Assembly: GCA_963667455.2 (NCBI GenBank)
Contig: CAXXFR010000019.1
Location: 97,181-161,180, forward strand
Reading direction: 5' to 3'
From: Pseudomonadales bacterium
GTDB lineage: Bacteria > Pseudomonadota > Gammaproteobacteria > Pseudomonadales > Azotimanducaceae
DNA length: 64,000 nt
The notes beneath the pieces are model-generated. The model saw nothing but the letters and a program-made list of their open reading frames with translations. It searched no databases and was not told the DNA's origin. A program made the position numbers and the translations under genes. This document shows positions 1 through 7,041 of the stretch, piece by piece; positions within the stretch are counted from its first letter, which is position 1; each line of letters begins with the position of its first letter.

Positions 1-918
1 GTTGACATTGAATCAACGGACGATGTGCTCTTTGAGTGTCTCAATGCTATTGTTCGATTGACGGTTGCGAAGGATCGATTCGAACCAAACTCCTACGTCT
101 GGATCGTTTCCCGCACTGGAGATTTTCGCACCCTGACGTTGCGGTGCATTGCCCCTGGTTCTTGGATTCGAGATGTTGTCAAAGACTTTCGCAGCAGCAT
201 GCGGTTTTCGGGCACCCTCTCTCCCCATGACGTGTACGTCGCAAGTCACGGACTTCAGGGTCCTTTTCGGAGAGTGAACATAGAACCCGACCACAGACGA
301 TTCGGAGTGATGATCGTTCCAGACGTATCGACTTACTGGCGAGATCGGAGCGATAGTGCCGGATCAGTGGCAAGTATCGTGCGTACGGCAAGAGATGGAG
401 CAGTTGGCAATTGGCTCGTTGCCTTCCCTTCCTTTGAGTACATCAACTTGGTAAGTCAGTACTTTCTCGAAGATGAAGAAACACGCGAGCAGCAACGAGA
501 GATGCCAATTAGTGAGCGAAGTGAGTTTATTGGATGGATTTCTCAGGGATCGCGACGCGTTGCCTTCGTCACGATGGGCGGCATATTCACCGAGTCGGTA
601 GACATTGACGGAGATGTCTTAGCAGGAGTCATTGTGATTGGACCGGCAATACCTCCATCAAGTCTGGAACGGGAGCTAATCCGGGATACGTCGGAATTGG
701 GCTATGAACTGGCTTATCGCCAACCAGCTCTTACGCGAGTTGTTCAGGCTGCTGGACGAGTTGTGCGTGGACCGGCGGATCGAGGCGCGATCATTTTGGT
801 CGATCCTCGTTTTACGCATCGTGAGGTTCAGCAGTATTTTCCCAGCCATTGGGATCCGGAAGTCGTCCGTTGCGAGGACTTGGGTGAAGCATTGTCGAGG
901 TTCTCCCTAGCCATTTGA
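1..918 (+). CDS. DinG/XPD (Rad3)-family SF2 helicase, C-terminal part only (5' end lies outside the window)
   Basis: Frame 1 is open from base 1 to TGA 916-918. The translation carries the RecA2/Helicase_C_2-type half: MRFSGTLSP, VAFVTMGGIFTESVDIDGDVLAGVIVIGPAIPP and the motif VI-like QAAGRVVRGPADRGAIILVDPRF. Confidence 0.7.
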   Translation, partial: VDIESTDDVLFECLNAIVRLTVAKDRFEPNSYVWIVSRTGDFRTLTLRCIAPGSWIRDVVKDFRSSMRFSGTLSPHDVYVASHGLQGPFRRVNIEPDHRRFGVMIVPDVSTYWRDRSDSAGSVASIVRTARDGAVGNWLVAFPSFEYINLVSQYFLEDEETREQQREMPISERSEFIGWISQGSRRVAFVTMGGIFTESVDIDGDVLAGVIVIGPAIPPSSLERELIRDTSELGYELAYRQPALTRVVQAAGRVVRGPADRGAIILVDPRFTHREVQQYFPSHWDPEVVRCEDLGEALSRFSLAI

Positions 919-1097
919 CAGATCGGCGACGTTCAGTCTGCGTGGTCAAGCGCACTTGGGCTCTGCTCTCTCACACATACGAAGTTGGGAATTCAGCACA
1001 TTTCCCAGCCCTAGGATCGAATGTCCACGGTTGCATTGGCAGAGCTAGCAAGGCTCAGTTCATGTGACTCTAAACTCGTCGAAATTGCCCTGAAGAA

Positions 1098-1129
1098 GCG
1101 ACACAACTTGTCGCGTCCGTGTGGATACT
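1098..1129 (+). promoter_or_regulatory. Operator/promoter element copy 1: GCGACAcaactTGTCGC + 10 nt + ATACT
   Basis: The palindrome is at 1098-1114 with 6-bp arms. Exactly 10 nt separate it from ATACT at 1125-1129 (GATACT is -10-like). The same architecture and spacing occur at four sites, always upstream of a + strand gene of the array. Confidence 0.55.
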
Positions 1130-1131
1130 AG

Positions 1132-1255
1132 CGTCGAGTCTGATGCAGAACCCAGTTAGCGAATCATCCTAGTAGAGAGTTTTTTCATTCAACAACGAGG
1201 TACTTATTTTGGGGTTTCTTACTGAGGAAACGGGGTTTTGCGTCAGACTCTGACG
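1132..1255 (+). promoter_or_regulatory. Conserved structured 5' leader of A1 (putative cis-regulatory RNA)
   Basis: cgtcgagtctgatgc (1132-1146) can pair with gcgtcagactctgacg (1240-1255). This gives 4 bp + 11 bp with one bulged T and one G:U pair. The block is 81% identical to 2553-2675 upstream of A2. Confidence 0.3.
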
Positions 1256-1423
1256 ACCTCCGAGAGCTGGGAGACCACGACCCTTGACGGATTTCTTCAG
1301 GAGAACTCTCGAGTTGCCACACAATGACCCTCGTTGCCGTCGACTGACGCAGGTACGCAGACATCTCGGCGGCTAGTCGCTACCAAGAACGCAACGTAAA
1401 TTGGCAATGGAGTTAAGAGTCCA

Positions 1424-2320
1424 ATGACTGAGAATGAGACAGACACAGAAACAACTGAATGGCCCCTCTTTGAGGAAGTCAGTAAACGATGTGACGTACG
1501 TAGAGACTTTCCGAAGCTACTGAAGACGATTGAAGAGCACTCGTGCGGGATCGTCACAGCTCATCGCAACTACCCCACAAAGAGACAACGCAGGGCAATG
1601 GCCCGCGATGACGATGGATGGGGAGTTTTGCAGGAAGTTCAAGAAATCGAAGAACGAAATGTTAGCCTGAATCAAGATAGGCAAGAAAGGCTAGTCGAAC
1701 AGATCAACGAAGCGCGTTACAAGAGAATAGAGATTCGTCATATCTGTGGGAACATCGTGGAAGGGTCACTTCTGATTTGGCCTACCCGTGCCCGCAGAGG
1801 GCGAGACGAACCTCTGTTGCGATTCCTCAAGGACTTAAGCAAGAAATTCAATCAGAAGTCCTTCTACTTTTTGCCCTACCAGTCCCCTCCAATCATGTAC
1901 GATTTTCGGGATGGTCAATGGGTACCAGAGCGTAAGCGTGGAATTTCCACGTTGATTGACTTTGAACGAGTCCTGCAGGAACACAAGCAGGTTGCGTACC
2001 GCGATCTACCAGGACCCAAACTACCCAGCATTTCGGCCTGTGAGGTCGTCAAACTAAGCGATCCCATCCATCCCATACTTCGAAGCCAACGGGCAAGTCC
2101 TTCAATGGCCAAAGCCATGTTCTACAGGGATTTTCACCACAAGATTGACGTGATGGACTTCTTGTCGTCTATAGAGAGAGAAAGGCACCTTACCACTCTT
2201 CAGTATGAGACTCTCTTTGACCTTCTTGAATGGGCCGAATCGTCCTTGAGTTGGTTCACCCGGTCTCTCATCAATCTAAGGTATAGAAAACGTAACGATG
2301 TCGGAGAAGACGCGGAGTGA
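1424..2320 (+). CDS. Hypothetical protein A1 (298 aa), member of a 4-paralogue family with N-terminal SCGI(V/I)TAHRN motif
   Basis: ATG at 1424 is preceded by ggag. It shows 58% aa identity to A2 over 105 hand-aligned residues. Shared motifs are SCGIVTAHRNYP, EERN..RQERL, SLLIWP, ARRGRDEPLLRFLKDLSKKF.Q.SF and MDFLSSIERERH. Confidence 0.8.
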   Translation: MTENETDTETTEWPLFEEVSKRCDVRRDFPKLLKTIEEHSCGIVTAHRNYPTKRQRRAMARDDDGWGVLQEVQEIEERNVSLNQDRQERLVEQINEARYKRIEIRHICGNIVEGSLLIWPTRARRGRDEPLLRFLKDLSKKFNQKSFYFLPYQSPPIMYDFRDGQWVPERKRGISTLIDFERVLQEHKQVAYRDLPGPKLPSISACEVVKLSDPIHPILRSQRASPSMAKAMFYRDFHHKIDVMDFLSSIERERHLTTLQYETLFDLLEWAESSLSWFTRSLINLRYRKRNDVGEDAE

Positions 2321-2518
2321 CCGCGTTAGAAGGGATGGAACTGTTGAAAAGCCTCGGATCACCACCTGTCCCCCTAGGTCTGTTGCCTCCTCTAGCGGCG
2401 AGAATCAGGCATTCTTGTGTCGTTTCGAAATGGGAGCGCAGGCAAATACGCTGGGCGAGTGCAAGCGTGAGAGACGCACCCTGAGACAACACATCGCCGG
2501 TAAAGTCACCTTTTAGAA

Positions 2519-2550
2519 GCGACACAACTTGTCGCTACTGTGTGAATACT
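2519..2550 (+). promoter_or_regulatory. Operator/promoter element copy 2
   Basis: GCGACACAACTTGTCGC is at 2519-2535, followed by 10 nt and then ATACT at 2546-2550. Confidence 0.55.
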
Positions 2551-2552
2551 AA

Positions 2553-2675
2553 CGTCGAGTCTGATGCAGAGTCCTGTAAGCGAATCTTCATAGTAGACCG
2601 TTTATTCGTAGATCAATGAGGTACGTGGATTGCCTTTTCTTACTGAGAACTCGGGGTTTGCGTCAGACTCTGCCG
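2553..2675 (+). promoter_or_regulatory. Conserved structured 5' leader of A2 (putative cis-regulatory RNA)
   Basis: The same arms as in copy 1 are present (2553-2567 and 2660-2675). The inner 11-bp helix is identical. The outer 4-bp helix has one mismatch. Confidence 0.3.
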
Positions 2676-2895
2676 ATCGAGGAAGGCCTGTGGTCTGTGA
2701 GCCCTTGTCGAATGCGACCAAGAGAGCACTGGAGTCGCCTTGCAGGGACGAATCCTAGCAATTAGAAGGCAATCTGACCGATAGAGCGGCACCGCCATGA
2801 TTGTCGTTTCCATGGACTGGCGCCGATATGTAGACACATCGACGTGAAAGCACTGCGACGAACACAACACATCAGGGCATTGAGTACGGAATTCA

Positions 2896-3780
2896 ATGAC
2901 AAAACGTGAGACAAAGACTACACGGGAACCTGAATTTGAGGAGGTCAGTGATCGATCTGACCTAAGTAGCGATTTTCCGAAAGTGCTGAAGGCGATTGGA
3001 AAGCGCTCGTGTGGGATCATCACAGCTCATCGCAACTATCCTGACAAGAAACAACGAAGAGCACTCAGTGATCAAAGGCATGGTGACGGAGTATTTCATA
3101 TCGTTCGTGAAATGGAAGAACGAAATGTTCACTTCAATCGAATTCGACAAGAAAGGTTACAGGAACACATAAACGAGTCGTATTACACGCAGATTACGAT
3201 TGATCATCTGTCTAATGACATCTTGGAATCATCAAGCCTGATTTGGCCACTATTTGCCCGCAGAGGACGAGACGAATCTCTGTTGCGATTCCTCAAGGAC
3301 TTGAGCATGAAATTCGGTCAAAATTCCTTCTTCTTCTTCCCGTATCAATCGACTCCGCTCATGTACGAGTATCGGAGCGGTCTATGGACCTCAGAGAGCA
3401 AGTTCGAAATCTCCACACTGGATGACCTTGAACGAGTCTTGCAGGAGCTCAAGTGGGCTGCGTACCGTGATTTGCCAGGACCCGATTTGTCCACGATTTC
3501 AGCATGCGAGGTCATCAGGGTCTGGGGTCCAAGGCAACCCTGGACACGGATTCAACACGGAGGTCTTTTCATGGCAATAGCAATCTTGCATGGGATGTAT
3601 CTCCACAGACTTAAAAAGATGGACTTTCTATCGACCATCGAGCGAGAAAGGCACATTAGTACTCCGCAATATGAGAACCTGCTAAATTCTGTGAGATTGA
3701 ATCGGTTTAATCGCTTTCTCATCAATCTGAAGTACAGGAAACGGCGCGATGTCCATAAAGACGCGGAAGAGTCGAGTTAG
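2896..3780 (+). CDS. Hypothetical protein A2 (294 aa), paralogue of A1
   Basis: It is collinear with A1 and carries SCGIITAHRNYP, EERN..RQERL, SLIWP, ARRGRDESLLRFLKDLSMKFGQNSF and MDFLSTIERERH. Confidence 0.8.
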   Translation: MTKRETKTTREPEFEEVSDRSDLSSDFPKVLKAIGKRSCGIITAHRNYPDKKQRRALSDQRHGDGVFHIVREMEERNVHFNRIRQERLQEHINESYYTQITIDHLSNDILESSSLIWPLFARRGRDESLLRFLKDLSMKFGQNSFFFFPYQSTPLMYEYRSGLWTSESKFEISTLDDLERVLQELKWAAYRDLPGPDLSTISACEVIRVWGPRQPWTRIQHGGLFMAIAILHGMYLHRLKKMDFLSTIERERHISTPQYENLLNSVRLNRFNRFLINLKYRKRRDVHKDAEESS

Positions 3781-4179
3781 TCAAGAACGAATAGAGCTAT
3801 TGAAGACCTAGACACCCCAGTCTTCGCGCCGGAGTCTCCAACGAGAGGGATACGGCTCATCTAGCGGTGCGCGATTGAAGGTTGGCGAGCGGTCTCTCTC
3901 ATCGCACCATCCAGGATCTGATCAGCAGTCACTTCACTTACTGTTCTCTTCAGCCTCGAGAGCTCGTTTTGGTCACTGAGCTAAATCTGTGGACTGTTGA
4001 GGGAAGTGACACCGAAGCGGCTGGAATCATTGAGCCTTCTTTGCGAATTCGTCTCACGTCGAGTGTCGGACACTCTCTGAGACCCGTCGCGATGAAAACG
4101 GGGCCAGAACTCTCGGCGAGCACGGTCATAGGGGAAGCACTTTCAGACAGATCATCTCTTGCGAAATCACTCTCCAGAA

Positions 4180-4211
4180 GCGACACAACTTGTCGTTTGA
4201 GTGTGGATACT
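4180..4211 (+). promoter_or_regulatory. Operator/promoter element copy 3
   Basis: GCGACACAACTTGTCGT is at 4180-4196, followed by 10 nt and ATACT at 4207-4211. It lies about 95 nt upstream of the B1 ATG. Confidence 0.55.
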
Positions 4212-4306
4212 ACCGATGTTCTCGAGCCGTGGGCTAGTGTGGACTCCCGTCCGAGACCACTGAAAATTCAGTCAAATCCAATCCCAAAATCAGATCCAGG
4301 AGCACT

Positions 4307-6457
4307 ATGGTTGACCGATCATTAACCCGCCAGCGACCTACCCGTCGTAGCCATCAAAACGGCGCAAGCGCGGCTAAAGCGCAGATGAGGCCCATCTGTC
4401 GTTTATGGATTCTCCGCTTTTTGTGTGGCTATAGCAAGAACCGGAGGCACCTCGAGAGAAAGGGCGTGTGCAATTCAGACCTAGTTGAACGACTTCAACT
4501 CACGCCCCCCATTCCTCAGTCGGACAGCTCGACGGATGGAGTTGAACTAGGTACTCTGGATTCCGAACTGACGGTGGCTGAACGATCAGCCGAGCGTACC
4601 CTTCCACCCAAGGGACTGAGGGATAACGTGAGACGTGTCGGCAGATTGTTTGGATTGACAGAAGTCGAACACGACGTTCTTTCCCTTGCAATCCTGCTGT
4701 CAACGGATTCCGACCTGATTTCACACTTAGGCGTAGTGAATTCGTTGAACGTGAACGAAGTGGTTGCAATCGTCTCAACCGTACTCGCATGGGATGTCTG
4801 CGAAGTAGAGTCTGCCATTGATTCCGATGGAGGTCTCTACCGGCACGGACTGTTGCGCCCAGAGCATGAAGGGTCCGTTGACAACGGATTGGCCGATTGG
4901 TTGATCCCCTTCAGTCCAGACTTCGCTCGCAACATGATGCGAGACGATCAGAGGGAAGTATCGTTGTTCGCAGACGCATTCTGCATCGATCCTCCGACCG
5001 AACTGACGTTGAATGATTTCTCTTTTCTAGGTCGACCGTTGGACCACTTAAGGACCCACATCCTAAAGTCTGTCGATACGGGACAGCAGGGCGTGAATTA
5101 CCTGATCCATGGAGACAGCCGTACAGGCAAGACTGAATTCTGTCGCGCACTCGCGAGAGACACCGAATTGGTGCTACACGAAGTCTCTGTGGACGGCACA
5201 GACGAAGATGACGACGAATGCACGCGAAATCAGGCCGCAGTAACAATTGCACAGCAGCATGCCGAGAAGTCTCGAGGGCTTGTTGTCGTCGACAATGCCG
5301 ACTACTTGTTCCCAGAAGAAGAGGACAGCTTCTTCTCACGGAGGTCGCGACGACGTTCCAGAAGAATCGGCTTTGAAGAGACAGACAGTTCCATCGAACG
5401 CATATTGGCTTCAAACGGGTCGCCAACGATCTGGATTGTTCAAGACACTGAAGACATTAGTGAGAAATTCATCGATTCATTTGATCGAGTGTACGAAATG
5501 CAGACGCCACCTCCGAGACATCTTCGCGAGATTGTTCGCAAGCAACTTCCGAACTGCAATGAAGAACTCGTGAGAAGTGTCGCGTCCATTGCCGGATTGG
5601 ATTCGTCCTCAATCCAGAACGCACGTGACTTTGCATCAATTGTGGATGGGGATCCCAGTTCCGAGGCTTGGAATGAAGCTTTCATCGACAGCTTCAATGC
5701 TCGGCAGAAAGTACTCGATCGTCCTCCGATCAGGAGAAACGATCCGTCCATGCCAACAGACCTGTACAACATGCGCTACATCAATTCAAACCCCGGGTTG
5801 GATGGAATCATGCAGCGGATTAGGGCAGATTCGGGTGCTCGTATGCTTCTGCACGGACCTCCGGGAACGGGCAAGACCGCTTGGGTCAAGCACTTGGCAC
5901 AAGAGTTGCAAGTCGATCTTGTACAAGTCACGGCATCACAGATTCACAACAAGTATGTGGGCGAAACGGAGAAGAACCTCAGCAAGGTATTCGCACAAGC
6001 CGCCCAATCGGGAGCTCTGCTGTTGATCGATGAAGCCGACACCTTTCTCTACGACCGGCACGGGGCTAAACAGTCCTGGGAAGTGTCGTTTGTGAATGAG
6101 TTTCTAAGCCAGTTGGAGAACTACCTCGGATTGCTGGCGGCGACAACCAACTTTCGGCAGCTCGTTGACAGCGCTGCCATTCGTCGTTTCGGCATCAAGA
6201 TTGAGTTCATGTTTCTCACTTGGGAGCAAATCTCTTGGCTCTTCAGTGCCTATTGCGACCAGTACGGATTGCACATAACCGATGAACGGGAATTGCTTGA
6301 ATTACGTGGCGTTGGCGTCTTGACCCCAGGGGATTTTGCGGCTGTAGACGAACGCAATCGCTTTTGCCCGATTACTACGGTTCGAGAGTTTGTCGAGGCT
6401 CTGATCGAAGAGTGCTCCCACAAACGAGAGAGGGGATCGTTAGTTGGATTCCATTGA
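4307..6457 (+). CDS. Tandem-AAA+ ATPase B1 (716 aa): unassigned N-domain, D1 with Walker A but DNAD Walker B, canonical classic-clade D2
   Basis: D1 has Walker A GDSRTGKT (5111-5134) and Walker B VVVDNAD (5282-5302, no catalytic Glu). D2 has GPPGTGKT (5855-5878), YVGETEKNLSKVF (5948-5992), LLLIDEAD (6017-6040), ATTN and AAIRRF. Confidence 0.85.
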   Translation: MVDRSLTRQRPTRRSHQNGASAAKAQMRPICRLWILRFLCGYSKNRRHLERKGVCNSDLVERLQLTPPIPQSDSSTDGVELGTLDSELTVAERSAERTLPPKGLRDNVRRVGRLFGLTEVEHDVLSLAILLSTDSDLISHLGVVNSLNVNEVVAIVSTVLAWDVCEVESAIDSDGGLYRHGLLRPEHEGSVDNGLADWLIPFSPDFARNMMRDDQREVSLFADAFCIDPPTELTLNDFSFLGRPLDHLRTHILKSVDTGQQGVNYLIHGDSRTGKTEFCRALARDTELVLHEVSVDGTDEDDDECTRNQAAVTIAQQHAEKSRGLVVVDNADYLFPEEEDSFFSRRSRRRSRRIGFEETDSSIERILASNGSPTIWIVQDTEDISEKFIDSFDRVYEMQTPPPRHLREIVRKQLPNCNEELVRSVASIAGLDSSSIQNARDFASIVDGDPSSEAWNEAFIDSFNARQKVLDRPPIRRNDPSMPTDLYNMRYINSNPGLDGIMQRIRADSGARMLLHGPPGTGKTAWVKHLAQELQVDLVQVTASQIHNKYVGETEKNLSKVFAQAAQSGALLLIDEADTFLYDRHGAKQSWEVSFVNEFLSQLENYLGLLAATTNFRQLVDSAAIRRFGIKIEFMFLTWEQISWLFSAYCDQYGLHITDERELLELRGVGVLTPGDFAAVDERNRFCPITTVREFVEALIEECSHKRERGSLVGFH

Positions 6458-6912
6458 CCGGAACATCTCGTTGCTTGGTGAACGGAACTGCTCTTCGGAC
6501 GAAAACGTGCACTGCATCCGGGAACGGTCGAGAAGCAGCATGCAATCCTGTTGTTTTGTTTGACGTACTAGCCTGAATGGTTCGAAGTAATGGATTTCAC
6601 GGTGCGGCCGGTTGGAAGAGCCAGCCGCACAAGACCTGTCGAAGACTGTGTTGAATTGCCTTGTTTTAGATCGGTTGATCTGTGCGCTCGAGGGACGGCT
6701 CGTTGCAACTTCAGCTCCGTTTAGTCACCGGATTTGCATGGTCGGACCGTGCAATTGATGCCGATTTCGCCCGAAATTGATGATTTAGCGCAAAAAGTTG
6801 GGCAAATTACTTAACTTCTCAAGTCCTAATCGGAATATATAGGGGAGAGTTTGAATATTTTGGGTGACTTCCGTGCCAATTGTGCCGAAATTCGTGAATT
6901 CGCTTCGACAAC

Positions 6913-6944
6913 GCGACACAACTTGTCGTTTATTTGCGCATACT
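6913..6944 (+). promoter_or_regulatory. Operator/promoter element copy 4
   Basis: GCGACACAACTTGTCGT is at 6913-6929, followed by 10 nt and ATACT at 6940-6944. It lies about 97 nt upstream of ATG 7042. Confidence 0.55.
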
Positions 6945-7041
6945 GACATCTGTTCGCGCAATTGGGGCGATCATGCACCGGCATCAAAGAGGAGTGGATT
7001 TTCGCTCACGCCCCGTTGTAGCAGCGGATCCAGAGACCATC

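Larger units (their letters stand above)
1094..3935 (+). repeat. Tandem duplication of a ~1.42-kb unit (promoter/operator, leader, A gene, trailer), two diverged copies
   Basis: The unit starts 1094 and 2515 are 1421 nt apart. The first 21 nt (agaagcgacacaacttgtcgc) are identical. The leaders are 133/164 identical by hand alignment. The CDSs are paralogous, and the trailers after each stop share blocks such as tctagcgg and ttgaa(a)agcct. The right end is fuzzy. Confidence 0.7.

Noticed and set aside
1132-1255. The idea that the leader with flanking inverted repeats could be a retron msr/msd-type ncRNA.
   Set aside because: No reverse transcriptase gene lies anywhere in the window. The element sits between a promoter and a protein gene in both copies.
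2271-2525. Minus-strand ORFs that begin with GTG inside the palindrome and share MSLL.(G/S)DF..D.LS..AS (2271-2525 and 3950-4186). They could be divergent small genes.
   Set aside because: The similarity is what gap-free homologous DNA gives in any frame. The copy-1 equivalent stops after 14 codons, and the copy-4 equivalent is unrelated. I treat this as not supported, although a Ribo-seq check would settle it.
3882-4325. A 147-aa + strand ORF filling the A2-B1 spacer. Similar small ORFs occur at 2298-2516, 6864-7049 and 9179-9403.
   Set aside because: It has a TTG start, reads straight through the promoter palindrome and overlaps the B1 start. The translation is low-complexity and has no paralogue in the equivalent spacers.
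6934-7041. The ORF-track TTG start for B2, which would give 752 aa.
   Set aside because: That start lies inside the conserved promoter element (6913-6944). ATG 7042 gives an N-terminus parallel to B1 and an identical length of 716 aa.
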